Under the pieces are notes generated by a model. It made no database searches. It was given only the letters and a program-made list of their open reading frames with translations, and had not been told where the DNA came from. Of a stretch of 64,000 bases of DNA, positions 25,543 through 38,289 are shown piece after piece. This DNA comes from Oedothorax gibbosus (taxonomy: Eukaryota). The DNA lies in NCBI GenBank assembly GCA_019343175.1, contig JAFNEN010000097.1:93448-157447 (forward strand). The letters run 5' to 3'. A program made the position numbers and the translations under genes. The stretch's first letter is position 1. Every line of letters begins with the position of its first letter.

Positions 25543-26429
25543 GTAAGTGATTTTTCCTCTTTTGAAAAGGTCATTTTTTAAAAAATCTATTAAAAATTGT
25601 AGCAAGAAGAATTTCATTAAGAAAGTGGCCTACTCATTTTTGTGGATAATGCTTTTAACTTACACAGGACAATATACATATTTTTCAAACATTCTAAATA
25701 AAAAAAAATACATTTAAAATTTATTTTCACAGATAGCAAACGCTTAGGAGCTTAAAATAATTTTTAAAAAGGAAAGTTTTATCAGCAACTCTAATTACTT
25801 TCTGCCCTTAAATTTTAAATGAATAAGTAATTAAGATAAAGGAATTAGGTTTGTGCTTAATCAAAGAAATTTTTTAATAACATTTAAAACAAAATACTCG
25901 CTCCAGATGCATACTCATTTCTCCTCCCATCTTGATTTGTAAGCTATAAAGTATTGTCATGTGTTTGTAGTTAATGTTATTTCTCATCTGTAATGAATTT
26001 TTACTTTTTTTGTTTTAAGCAATCTTGCTTCTAGTTTTTTCACAACAGCTCATAATTACATACTCATCTCTAGTAGCTCATGGACAGAATTCAATGTAAC
26101 TGTAACAACACTATTAGTTATTTTTTAAACTTGAAAAGAATATTGTCAACCTAATTACTAGAAAATTCTTTATTTTTTAAAAAACTATATGATGTAAATA
26201 AGAGTTAATAATAAAATCTTGAGGAAACAAAGAAGGTTTATAGTACTAGTATATTGAAACAATAGTATCACCATGTTTATGATAAATCCCATTTATCATA
26301 CAAAAAGTTTGGATTAGGCACTTTATGTTTTTAGAGTTGATTCATACTATAAAGTTATAAATTAAATAATATAGTCTGTCTCGTTTAATTTTTTCCTTTT
26401 TAATTTGTGATTTTTTGTTTTCTTTAAAG

Positions 26430-26548
26430 CTGCCAACATCTTTGAAATGCCTACATATAGTTTTGATTCACAAATAGAACATGAAATCAAAAAAAGTGAA
26501 CCATTTGATTTCATGGACTTCAAAGTTAAAAATTTTCAACTGGAAAAC
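26430..26548 (+). CDS. TROVE gene exon 7 (PANIFEMPTYSFDSQIEHEIKKSEPFDFMDFKVKNFQLEN)
   Basis: Acceptor tctttaaag, donor aaac|gtaaga. Restores phase 0. Confidence 0.45.
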
Positions 26549-28146
26549 GTAAGATGTATGAAGACTAAAAAAGTATGTCTCTATGTTAATTTTATTAATA
26601 TCTAATCTTATCTGTCTTATTTTAATAACACATGAAAATAGACAATGCATATAACTACAATCACTCAACATAAACTACAGTAATTTTTCTCTGCAAATGA
26701 ATGTCGGGTACTTTAGATCAGGTTTTAAATTTGATAACTGAAGTTATAATAAAGTTTCTTTAATATCCAATTTAACCTAGGATATTATTATATCACACTG
26801 TCTGCAAGAAAAAGATACTTGCCTCTTAAAAATCACATTGTACATTTGAAGATGTATAGTACAATATCTGACTTTATTTGTCAAGTATGACTTTCTGTAC
26901 CCTTTCTTTTAAACCCCCTTAATGATCGTATAATTTTCAAGAAATTTTTTTAAGTGCCTAAGTTTTATCCATGAAAATTATATAAAAAATATGTTCAGAC
27001 AATATAGTTTAATAACTGTAAAAAAATATTTAATTGACGTTTGATATATATTCTTTTATTTAATCACTTTTTTTATATAAAATGCTAGAAAGTCTCACCT
27101 ATTGGTTTGCTCTTAGTTATGTTTTCAATACATTATAAAATAATTTAATGAAGTAAATACACAGTATATAGATGTTGAAAAAAAGTACACATCCCTTACA
27201 AATTGACTATTATTCATACTAGTTACCTAGTTTTTAGTTATCAGTTTTTCAACAACATTCTAAGTTTATTTGGTTAAAAAAAAATTGCATGTTAATTAAG
27301 TTGGATGCTTGAGCCGTACTTTTGAATCCACATTTATTCATATTAACATTGCATGCATAGAATTGGTTTCTGTAAAGAACAATTGTTTGTGTTTCAATTA
27401 TAAAAAAAAAAATAGCGGCTCATACTTTGTCGTTAAAATTTAGTTTAGTCCTCTCAAAACAATTTTAGGCCAAAAGAAAGTAAAAAAATAAGAATAAAAA
27501 CAATCGTATACAATATTGGACTAATAGGGTTTCTGAAAAAGAAACCCCAACAATTATCTGTAGTTCACTCTTCTCGTAGCAATTCGACAAGTTTGGTGGG
27601 TTTCTCCCCAAAACACTGTTTGGTTATTCCCCACGGTTTTGCAAACTGCTGGAATAACATGATTTCTTCACAGAATGTGTGTTTACATAGGGTGAATTGA
27701 TTAACAAAAAAAAATCAGTTTTAACTATGACTATAGGGGTTTCTAAAAAAATTATTCATTGTGAAAATGACTATTTTAGAGGGTTTTGGTCATGCCTAAC
27801 GTTTTAAAACTATCTATAAAATTTTGGTGTTGCTATTTTAAAAAGTGGCAGTAGTTTTTGTACGAAGACAATTCCATGTGTAAATTTGTTTAAGCCCAAC
27901 AACTCACAATGTTATTGGATCAAAAATCACTGTCATCAGTTAATAATAGGTGGAGACTTGTCAGTAGTTGTAGTAACTATGTACTTGCAGAAAATATTTG
28001 TAGATTTGGAAAGTTTTCTACATTAGAATAAAAATTTAATAAAAAATGTCTTTACATTCCTTAGAACCTTTAATGCTGTACAAACAGTACTATGTTGTTT
28101 AGCAGTTACGTGTATTTGCAATGTTTGTCTTTTTTAATAATTTTAG

Positions 28147-28281
28147 ATGCAGTTTTTGAATGCTGCCAGTATGGCTCTAATATGCACAGCAAATCTGAAA
28201 AAAAGTACTGACACATACCGCTTGTTGATTACAAAATTGGCCGATGAGGTTAAGGCATTCGATCCAGAATTTATATTGAAG
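28147..28281 (+). CDS. TROVE gene exon 8 (MQFLNAASMALICTANLKKSTDTYRLLITKLADEVKAFDPEFILK)
   Basis: Acceptor taattttag, donor aag|gtattt. Resembles the start of the TROVE module (Ro60 'EPMLFALAICSQ..' region). Confidence 0.55.
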
Positions 28282-28749
28282 GTATTTTTAATTATTTTAT
28301 TCCAAAAAACAGCAAACTCTTTAACATGCATATTCAAATAACGAATCAAATAAAAACCAGAGTGACAATGAAAAAGATGAAGAGACACAATCACAGTAAA
28401 TATAGCAACTTCAAAACACTTTTCTGTACCAAGTGGACAAAAGTTAAAATACCCCCCCCCCCCCCCAAATTTTTCCCGAAGTGTACTGTGAAATACCCAA
28501 ATCAAAATCAATAAAATTAAAAAACGAACAATACATGTGAAAAACAAAAATAATAAAGAAAGAGAAGAAAACTAACCTGAAACTTTGTAAACGACCGCAA
28601 CTCTGAAAATGCTCAAACTTTTGATTTTACAACAAATAACAATATCAATAATTTACTTGGTTTGTTTATTTTTCAGCCTCCGATGGGCTGTAAAGAAAAG
28701 ACAGGTCAATATAAAAAAAGGATTTTAGTACCATAAGTAAGTTATAATA

Positions 28750-29268
28750 CAGCTTATTTCGCTACATAATCACCTTTGGCGATTAAGACATTTGTCATAT
28801 CTGTGAACAAGCTTTGAAATACCCTCCTCATAAAATGTAGCCGTCAAGTGAGAATTGAGAGCTGTTATTCGTTTCTCGCAGACAGAAGGGAACAGTGCAA
28901 CAGAAATTCATCGAAGAATGAGTCAAGTGTATGGAGACACCTTTATGAGAATGTTGAAAAGTTAAAGGTAGCGGAACTAATGTTCGTGAAGAAGAGGACC
29001 AAGGAAGCAAATCTGTTGCTACAGAAGACATTGTTCAGCTAGTTGACCAAGTGTTAAGTTAAACTCGAAGGTTCACCATAAGTGAATTATTCATTAGCAT
29101 AGTGGTTTGGAGGGTGGCGCTTCCAAATTGAGGTGGAGCTCAAAGAAACCGTCACAACTCCCTTCACATCATTGGCGGCTACATATAATGAAGAGGGTAT
29201 TGCAAAGCTTGTTCACAGATATGACAAATGCATTAATCGTCAAGGTGGTTATTTAGATTAATAAGCTG
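28750..29268. mobile_element. Tc1/mariner-type long-TIR MITE (about 520 bp) with roughly 95-bp TIRs (CAGCTTATTTCGCTACATAATCACC...) and a TA target-site duplication, in an intron of the TROVE gene
   Basis: 28750-28845 is the reverse complement of 29175-29268 (about 90% identity). TA on both flanks. Confidence 0.7.
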
Positions 29269-30179
29269 TATTGTACATTACTTTTGGTAATAAAATATTT
29301 TTTTGTATATTGATCCGTCTTTTCTTTACAGCTAATCTTCGGTTGAAAAAAAACAACCCTCGTAGGTAATAGGAAGTGTTAAATGTATTTTTATAAGTAA
29401 AACTTACTATTTGTTCAGGCGGAGAGTTAAATTTTTTTGGTTCTAAATATATAGTGTTCAACATGTTTGTTATTTGAGTTGCCTAGACGGCTTAAGCCCC
29501 TTGGTGCCCAATATAATTTGCTTAAATAATGTTTCTTTTCTTAAAAAAATGGTTTTGTGGAGTATTTCTTTATTTGCTTTTGGAATATTGTAAAAAAGAT
29601 GTATTTCTTAAATTGTAGTTTACAGGGTCTTTAAGAGTGCCAAAAGGTTCTATCTTTAGGTAAATATAGAAGACTGTTGCATATGTATAATTTTCTTATA
29701 CTAGTTAAAATCTAGTTATCTAAGTTTTCTGGTTCACAGTTTAATATTCAAATCAATCTTGATTGAGTATTTAATAAATGTCTGATATTATTTAAGTAGT
29801 CAACCACCCCCATTAGATTATGCTGTAGGATTGGTAGGTTTATTGTATAAACACAAACTATAATTGTTTTTTTTTAAATGTTTTACTGAGACTATTTTTT
29901 AAGTAATAAAATGAACAAATACCAAAACGTAGCATATCATTTACTTTTCTTATGTGTAATTTCCATTTAAATATTTGAACCATATATAGTCCAAGATATT
30001 TCATATTTTCTACTTGGTTTTATAAGAAGTTATTCACAATTTGAAATATATCTACATAAAGCATGATATTTAAGAGTTAAGTCTTCTTCATGACCAGTGT
30101 TCATATTAAAATTTATATATTTAATTATTTTACTAATTAAGTCGTTTTGTTGAAGCAATTTTTTAAAACTTATTAGACC

Positions 30180-31250
30180 AGAGTTTATCATTTCTTTCAA
30201 TAAATTGTAGTTTTTACTTCATTATACCAACATTATATTTTCTGCATATACAATTAATTTTCCAAATAGGATAGATTACAAAGATCATTAATAAAAATGA
30301 TAAATAGCAAAGTGCCCACAAAATCGAACCCTTAGGTACACTTTTCTAACCATTTATTTCTGTAACCATTTATGCTGTTTTTCTCTAACACTTGCAGCAT
30401 TTAATTTGCTTAGCAATATGTTATGATTTACTGAGTCAAAAGCCTTTGAAATATCAATAAAAATAGAAACTGTTTTGAAACTATCATTTAGGGATTTGTA
30501 TACTATATTAGTAAAACTTAGAAGAGTGCATCTTCAGTTCCTAGTCCTTTTATGTAACCAAATTGGTTTTTAGAAAATAAGTTATTTTTATTAAAAAAAT
30601 TATAAAGTATTTTTCATTGCTGTTTTAATAACTTTTGAGAAACTGGTAACACAGAAATTGGACGACAATTTTCCGTACAATTAATGTTTCCCGCTTTAGA
30701 TAAGCATTACTGTAGCTAATTTTAAATTTTTGGGAAACACACCCTCTTTAAAAGGCATATTTATTCAATTTACAGTTATTTCTGGTTTATGCTTAAATGC
30801 TTTATGCTTATGACTTTGATATGTTTGAGTTTATTATCGCTGAAACACAAATTTAAATACCTACATTATAAATGCAATTTATTTTAATTAATTGCATTTA
30901 TGTTTTAAAATTTGTTTTAAATATTTTTAACCTTTATTAAATTTTAAAAATAATTATTCTTTGATAATTCCTAGATTTGATACTGTTTTTCAACTATTTT
31001 GAAAATTCTTAATGGTTGACGATTTTTTCCCTCTTTTGAACAAACTAATTTGTTTAAGGATTTATTAGTTATACTGATCAAATAATTAATCTCTTATGTG
31101 GGAGTATTTTTTCCTTTTCCAAAGTCATACTGCTATTGCATATTATTTTTTTATGCTAAAGTTTCATTCTAAATTTTTCGCTAGTTTTTAAGCTCATTTT
31201 TCAAACTTTTCTGTCTAACTTTACCACCTAAACAAAAAAAGAAGCTGCTA
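30180..31250 (-). mobile_element. Non-LTR (LINE) reverse-transcriptase fragment, degenerate. Motifs include RPISVLPVSQKLL, FGYIKGLGTEDAL, IFIDISKAFDSVNHNILLSKL, VPKGSILWALCYL and FINDL.
   Basis: The reverse-complement translation gives the RT core motifs in the canonical order, with stops and frameshifts. A related segment lies at about 12330-12800. Confidence 0.65.
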
Positions 31251-31319
31251 GAGCCTATAAAGAGTCAATACCTTCTGTACCCATTCAAACTTTTCAGCTT
31301 TGACCATGGGCACTGGAGT

Positions 31320-31500
31320 TTTGAAGTAAACCCTGTTAAGTGTCTACTTTACGCAGAACCCCCCTCCCTCCCAGTCTTTATTTGCCAAGCATGCTAGGTC
31401 CTCATTTTATTCCCACTGATTTGAAAAAAAGCTAAGTGAACCTTGCCCATTCTGGGATTAGAACAAAGAACCTGTGGAAAGCAGCACAAAGCTCTAACCA
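31320..31500 (-). mobile_element. SINE family B, diverged partial copy
   Basis: ..CCCAGTCTTTATTTGCCAAGCATGCTAGGTCCTCATTTTATTCCCACTGATTTGAAAAAAAGCTAAGTGAACCTTGCCCATTCTGGGATT.. Confidence 0.45.
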
Positions 31501-32384
31501 TCTTTACCCATTTTTTTTTACCAAGGAACTCATAACAAGCTACACAAAAAAAATGGCTTCTTGTTTACAGTCAAATAAAATAAAATGTTAATTAGACCAA
31601 TGTTGGAAGTTATTTAAAATTTACTTTGGGTACTTAAGGGTAATTTGTAGAAAAATATGAAACTTTCCTCATATTGCCAATGAATGGTTAGAATTGATTG
31701 AAATTTTTTTCCAAGGAATCTCACAATTGCTAAAACTACATAACATTATTTTCTTTTATTTTAATTAAATATCTTGAAAATTTGATAAATGTCTTGTCAT
31801 GTAGTAGCCACATTTTGGTTGATGTCAATAGTAAGTTTTCTATGATAAAGCATCCATCAGACGTCATAAAAGACAAGAAATAATTTGAGTACTGGGTTAT
31901 ATTTTAATGTTAAGAAATTAAAAAAAAATTATGGATTTTATTTTCTGTTGATCATTTTAGTCATGTTATCATTTGATCATATAAGTTCTGCAATTATCAG
32001 ATTAGACAAGTTACTCAATTTTTGAAAATAATTGGCAACTTTTCAAAACAACAGTAAAAGTTATTCAGCTTGAAGTTTTTGCTTTTTTTTATAATACATT
32101 ATATGCTAAAATAATACATATTTGTAGATTAATATCTCTATTGTCTCAAAATTACCTCATAAACTATTATCTAAAAATTACCACAAGAACAATTGTCTAA
32201 GCATTACCGAAAGCAGTATACCCAATAACCCCTTCTTCCAAACTATACTCATTTTGAGGAACAAAATATTTTTTCTAATTCAGTTTTTAATTATTAAATT
32301 AAAAAAAGGGTTAACATGATGATAGGGTCTGTACAAATATTGTAAAATTTATAAAACCTCTTTTCATATACTTAAATTAATCTT

Positions 32385-32625
32385 AACTGTGCCATGGCAG
32401 TGCGAAAAAGGAAGGCAAACTGCAGTAAATGCTTTTTTTCTAAAGATGACTGACCTTTTGATGAAAAAAATCAAAATAAAATCAACTGTCCATAAAACAT
32501 TTCTAAATCAAAGTCAAGAATCACCTAACTTTGAATTTTTATGTTTTACTGGAGTTTATGGGAAATCAAAACCGTGTTTGATCAAATATCTCCAAAACAC
32601 ATTTTTGGCAGTTACTGCAGCTTAC
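32385..32625. repeat. Interspersed repeat family C (about 240 bp). Second copy at 47195-47420.
   Basis: About 80% identity between the two copies (..CATGGCAGTGCGAAAAAGGAAGGCAAACTGCA...CAAATATCTCCAAAACACATTTTT..). Confidence 0.6.
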
Positions 32626-33074
32626 CTTTCAATGACAGTGTATTACCCAACGTAACATTCTTCAGCATTAAGCCATCCATAAAATATTTATTTTAATGGT
32701 AAATGTTCTTTTTTTAATTATGAAAACTATTATAATGTATATAATTCCCCAATAAAAACTAGTGATAGAATATGAAAAAGTTACGTTCTAAAGCATAGTT
32801 TCAATGCTACCTTATCTGATATTGTTGTAAAAGATATCTTTTACTGGTTCTACCTTTTCCCCTGAGTTTTCAGTAAAATGGAAGTTCTAAAGAAAATCTT
32901 ATCTTTTAATTTTTAACCAAACTAGTCCATGGATACCCATGTTAATTGTTTTTAAATTATGAACTTGAAAGTTTAATTAAGATTTTTTTTTCAAATTTAC
33001 CTTGTACTTCATTTAGTTTTCATCCATTTTATCACATGTTATTGTTCTGTATTTTAGAATAAACATATTTGCAG

Positions 33075-33236
33075 GTTGCTCTTTATAGTCGCCAGAATTT
33101 AAATATTAGGTCTTCGTCAAATTTCTTGCTTTCTTATGCTGCTTATCATGAAGAAACTCGACCTTATTTAAAAAAATATTTTGAAGCTTGCATAAGATTG
33201 CCTTCTGATTGGATTGAAGTTGCTGAACTATATCAG
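33075..33236 (+). CDS. TROVE gene exon 9 (VALYSRQNLNIRSSSNFLLSYAAYHEETRPYLKKYFEACIRLPSDWIEVAELYQ)
   Basis: Acceptor ttgcag, donor cag|gtattt. In phase. Confidence 0.6.
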
Positions 33237-33975
33237 GTATTTAAAGTACATTTTTAGAGAATTAAAAAACAAAATCGCTAAGAATCAAATGTTGAACTAA
33301 AATAAATTAAGTCTTCTAATTTCTTAAATTTCTATTGAAGAAATTTGTTTTATTGGTTTTTATGTTTATGATTGTCACAAAATTTGAAAGTTTTTTGTTG
33401 AATACTATAAGTTGAACTAAAAGAAAGATGCGGGTTACAGGATGCTATAGTATGATGGCTGACCCTGTGTGAAATAGTTTGTAGATTTTTTTGCATAAAT
33501 CAGTAACTTTGCATCCTTTTTAAAGCAATGGAGTTTAGTTGTTTAGTTTTCTAAAGTTTAAATAAGCCACATATGAAGCAAAAGCGAACTATGTAAATAT
33601 TCACATTTTTGTCAGAAAACAATAAAATTTTAAGTGAAGTGACCTTAAAACCACACATGCTTAACCAGAGGGTGGTCGGGTCTGGACTATCAAATCGGAT
33701 ATTTTTGACGTCAAGCTTACAAAAGTAAAAATATTGGCTAAGGTGTTGGCTTTATGAGGGCAGTCATTCTTAGAAGTTTTACTGCTTCCATAAATATTTT
33801 TCTAGTTAGATTTTTTTTTCAATTTATATTTTTTCTAATTTCTATTTTTCAATCAAAATAAACCAAAATAAAAAGTGGCTTTATACCATTTCTGAGATGT
33901 TTTCTTTTGTTAAATATTGTTCTACTGAAAATTGTGTGTTCTACTGATTTGTTTCTCAACGATAATTTTTTTTAG

Positions 33976-34072
33976 GTGTTTGGAGATGAAAGAATAAAAC
34001 ACAGATCACTTCCAGCAGCTTTAAAAAGAGTTATGGTGAAATCGTTTACAAAATTTGATGCATATCAGTTAG
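33976..34072 (+). CDS. TROVE gene exon 10 (VFGDERIKHRSLPAALKRVMVKSFTKFDAYQL)
   Basis: Acceptor tttttttag, donor ag|gtacat. Confidence 0.6.
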
Positions 34073-34084
34073 GTACATAACATT

Positions 34085-34385
34085 ATATTTTTCTCTAACT
34101 AACTCCTCGGCACAACAGCCCATTAGTGAACCAAGGCCTGCCGTGCCCATTTTAGCTCACATGACCAAGGGTTCTGTTGTGCTAGGCATATGTCCCGGTA
34201 AGGTGGTTAGCCTCACACGGAACCCCCAGTGTTTAGTTCCCAAGCATGCTTGGTACTCATTTTATTGACCCACTTAAGAGATGAAAGCTAGTCAACCTCG
34301 CCCAATCCGGGGCTTGATCCCCGGACCTGTGGCATGGCAATGCCACAGTCCAGGGATCAAGCCCCCGGAATGAACATGTTACTAT
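34085..34385 (-). mobile_element. SINE family B, full copy. Core 'CCCAGTGTTTAGTTCCCAAGCATGCTTGGTACTCATTTTATTGACCCACTTAAGAGATGAAAGCTAGT', tRNA-like hairpin head, (TTAGT)n-type tail.
   Basis: Copies of the same family at 39270-39530 (+), 13590-13800, 31320-31500 and 46900-47145, all sharing a conserved roughly 80-bp core. Confidence 0.7.
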
Positions 34386-34905
34386 CTTCTTTAAAGATAA
34401 CAAGATTCCCCTTTTTCATAAACTTTAAGTAAGTATATTTTTTACTGTTTGTAAGTGCCCTTTTCAAAGTATCTAAGTGCAAACCAAAAATTTTAAAGCT
34501 CATTTTCTTGTTTTCACCTTTTTGTCACTTAGCAGGTTCTTCCAATAAGCTCTTAAATTATGAATAACAAAAAATGTGTGTATAGCTATACTTTTAAAAG
34601 TTAATTCTTAATTAAGTTGATTAAGGATTTGTCAAAAGTGAAATGGTGCTCTAAAATTTACCTGAATGGGAATTGCCATTGTGAAAATGACCAGTCGATT
34701 TTCAAACACCTTCTATAACCTTAAAATTTTTTCAGAGGATACTCTAGTACAAAAAGTTTAGGAATTATTGCTATAGTATATAAAAGCTAATAGAAAACAC
34801 ATAATGTGAATGTTTTTAGTATAGTAAATAATATTTCGCACAATTTTTCTTGTATCACACTTCTTTTGAAACTCTTATTATTTTAATTATACTTATCTTT
34901 TTCAG

Positions 34906-34949
34906 CAAAGTATAATCGAGATAAGACTAAAAAGAAACATAAAACAAAG
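34906..34949 (+). CDS. TROVE gene exon 11 (AKYNRDKTKKKHKTK)
   Basis: A 44-nt micro-exon, acceptor tttttcag, donor aag|gtaggt. Needed to keep the frame between exons 10 and 12. Confidence 0.5.
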
Positions 34950-35151
34950 GTAGGTATACAAGTTCATTTAAAAAAAGTTTAATTTTATCTCTAAGAATTT
35001 TAAGTATAATTCAAAGGTTTGTAAGGCAATGTCTGTAAAATATTTGGTGTTTTATACCTTTCTTGGGTGATAAATAGAACAATTTTTTTTTTAAAAAAGT
35101 GTTTATTTGACATGCCGAATTAAAAAAAATTAAAAAAATTTTTATTTATAG

Positions 35152-35282
35152 GTGAATCCTAATGTTTTTGCCAATGAAGAAAATGAAAAATGTCCCGAAA
35201 CAAATTATACATTAAAACAACTTATTAGTATGCTTCATATTGATGCTCCAGCTCAAGAAATTATGTGCCTTCTTGGAAAAAA
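35152..35282 (+). CDS. TROVE gene exon 12 (VNPNVFANEENEKCPETNYTLKQLISMLHIDAPAQEIMCLLGKK)
   Basis: Acceptor ttatttatag, donor aa|gtaaga. Confidence 0.6.
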
Positions 35283-36360
35283 GTAAGATTAATACTTGTA
35301 CGATTTTTAAATAATTTGGCCCAAACACTTTTAATGAACTCAACACGAGCGTCAAACATTTTAAATTGATGGAATTTCTATTAGCCTACAGGGCAATTTT
35401 TGCATTAATCTAATGCACTGCTAATACATGCTGCCAAGATGAAAAATATAAAATTTATTACAGCATTTTTAAATTGTAGATTACCAGATTTCCCAAGGAA
35501 GAGGCAAGTAGTATTTTGTCTAAAATGAGTAAGTTTTAAAAAGTTTGAGAACCACATATCTAGTGAAAATTTAAAATAAAAGTGACATTTAGTGGAAAAA
35601 AAATATTGTAGACTCATTATAAAATACAGTTTGTAAAAAAAACTTTATATATATTAGAAAGGAACACTTTTTTTTAAGTGTAAATTTATAAAAGAATTTA
35701 CCATTGTAAAATTAAAGAAACCAGTGCAAAATTGCCAAGGGTATATTGTTATATCCTATCCCCTGTCTCTTTTTTTCCTGGAGTCATTGTACTGTGTCTG
35801 AGGAAGTCCTCTACAATACCCACACAAGCAAATGAAATAATGAACTGATTTACTACTAATTTATTAGACAGAACTTCTTCCTTTAGTTAAACATTTAATG
35901 AACTTTTGTTATTTTTCTTATTTGTTCATTTTTTTCACACATGAACAGTAGCATAGTTTTAACAATTCTTATTTTTGCCTTGAATCTAAGAATGCCAAAT
36001 GTCAAGTCTGCCTAAGGCCAAATAAAGTATATCATACTCAATATAAAATATTCTTAACTAATATTTTTTAATTGTGTAAATGTCTAATTTTGAATATTAA
36101 ATATGAAGTGTTTACTTGAAAAATTATATTTTGAAACCAAAGTATACTAAGATAAATTTCTAAAAGCATAGATAATGGACTAAACTTTTATGACCTTACA
36201 CATGAGTTGTACTTATAATCCAAGTCACCATTATCATGTTTAACTGTGGTGCAAGATTTATTTCTATCCTTAACTTATGTGAAATAATGTACTGCTGCTA
36301 TTCAGGACTTATATATGTAAAAAAAAATTTTACTTGACATTTATTTATAATATATTTTAG

Positions 36361-36518
36361 GTACCCTGAAACTGATGAAAGTTTTAGAAGAAGTGGTTTG
36401 GTGGGCATTTGGAATCCACAACAAGCTGGGAAAAGAATGAAGTTGCCTCAACCAATAACTTGGGAAACACAAATTTCGTTGCTTGGAAATTCGGCCATTG
36501 TGTGGGAAGGATTAATAG
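36361..36518 (+). CDS. TROVE gene exon 13 (YPETDESFRRSGLVGIWNPQQAGKRMKLPQPITWETQISLLGNSAIVWEGLI)
   Basis: Acceptor tatattttag, donor atag|gtatat. Corresponds to the Ro60/TEP1 '..VWKALL..' block. Confidence 0.7.
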
Positions 36519-37280
36519 GTATATTATATAGTCGCTCAAATAACAAAACCGCCACTGTACAAAACCACAGGTATGGAAAACTGAATACCATTCATTCCTT
36601 GGTCCTCCAATCTTTCCATTAAAGTTTATCGAAACACCATTCTTAATCAATTTCACAGATTTAAATCCATCTGTAACAACGAAAATTATGAAACTTCTCA
36701 TTTAAAGGACTCTTTTGCAATTCTTCAATCAACAACGACTTACCCTCCAAACTTCATTAATAAATATTTACTTGCACCAGTGACGCAACCTTTTTGAACC
36801 TCATGGTCTATGCCTTTATATCTGTGACCGTCACTGACTTTTAAAATTTTCGTTTGAAATCTCATACCGGTAAGGTGTGTTTTGTTGTCTTCCTTTTTTG
36901 TTTGGTCAGTTCCATTTTTTTATCATCATTGTTTTGATTCATTTTATTGTTTTTCAATGCTGTTTTGGGGCAATTGGGATGTTTTCTTTGACCTTTCTGT
37001 CCATCCCAAATAGAAAAACAGTATATTCCTTTTAAGGTGGCTAATTGTGCTTGCTCCTTGATAACATGTACAATCCACCATTTTCTTAAATTTTTTTGTA
37101 TCTTATTTGTTTAATTTCTGGTTGTTACTATTACCCCCAGGCTTCAGCGCCCTACAGTGATTAACTATTCTCCAAATAGTGTTTTCATTGCCTCTTTTTT
37201 TTTACTTTTCATGTTTATATGTACTATATATATATATATATATATATAGTTTCATGTATTTAACTTTTAACTGTTTTTAG

Positions 37281-37390
37281 ATACCAGTAAACTTCCCTAT
37301 ATGGCCATGTTACGCAACCTAAAAAATTTGATTTTGTCGGGAATATCAACAAAGCATCATGAGAAAGTTCTTAAGCAGCTGGAAAATAAA
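37281..37390 (+). CDS. TROVE gene exon 14 (DTSKLPYMAMLRNLKNLILSGISTKHHEKVLKQLENK)
   Basis: Carries the TROVE signature LPYMAMLRNLKNL (compare Ro60 MPLTALLRNLGKM). Acceptor gtttttag, donor aaa|gtaaaa. Confidence 0.75.
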
Positions 37391-37494
37391 GTAAAATAGT
37401 TTTTCTTTTTTAGTAATTAAAGTATATTTTATTATTTATTGCTTGTTTTAAATTACGGATTTATGCCTTATGTTATAACATTCTTAAATTACAG

Positions 37495-37658
37495 ATTGCT
37501 GTTTTGAATAGCAGACAGCTTCCTCTACAATTTTATGAAGCATTTAAAGTTCTTACTGAAATTGAAGAGCTATTAAATCAAAAGGATTCAGATTCTTCTT
37601 TGATAGCCAAAGACACTCCTACTTGGAAAATAAAACGAATGGAGAAAAATTTGGAAAA
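37495..37658 (+). CDS. TROVE gene exon 15 (IAVLNSRQLPLQFYEAFKVLTEIEELLNQKDSDSSLIAKDTPTWKIKRMEKNLEK)
   Basis: Acceptor aaattacag, donor aa|gtaatt. 'RQLPLQFYEAFKVL' parallels Ro60 'ARIHPFHILIALETY'. Confidence 0.7.
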
Positions 37659-38289
37659 GTAATTTTTTTGTTAATTGCATCCTATTTTTAATGTAAACCT
37701 ACCAGCACTTGTAGTTTTATGTACAAATGCAAACCAAAAAAGATTACAGGCTAAATAAAATGAAATAGCTTTAAATCAAAACCAGTTTCAATGGAATTGA
37801 TTTCAAGTAAATGCCCTGACAAATTTTGATTCATAACAGAAAACTCATAACAACAATACCATTTCCTGCTACTATTTAGTGAGATTCAAGTTGTTGCATA
37901 GGTTTACCCAATAGGTATTGTGCTCCATTTTGTATTAAAATTTGAGCCATACCCCATATCATAAAGTAACTTGGGGGGGGGGGGGGGTTAAGTTTGGATA
38001 TTGGAAATATGACTAAAAATAAATTAATTTTATCCTTTATACAATACTATTTATTAAAGTTTAGTAATATAATGTGTAAGCATTAATCTTACTCTTGTTT
38101 TAAAGGTCTTGAGTCTAATTTTACTACAATTGCACTTGGGTTCAATTTTTAACCGACATGAATAAACATTCAAGTTTCATTTATATTTCATGCTTGTATT
38201 ATAATTTAAATTGTAAAATTAATGTGATTGTACATGTTTGTTACTTTGCTGGTTTAAAAAAAAATGCTCGAAAAGTAAAAATTACAAAC

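Noticed and set aside
28625-28738. A candidate extra TROVE-gene exon after the acceptor ttttcag at 28676
   Set aside because: All three frames hit stops within 60 nt, and it directly abuts the long-TIR MITE.
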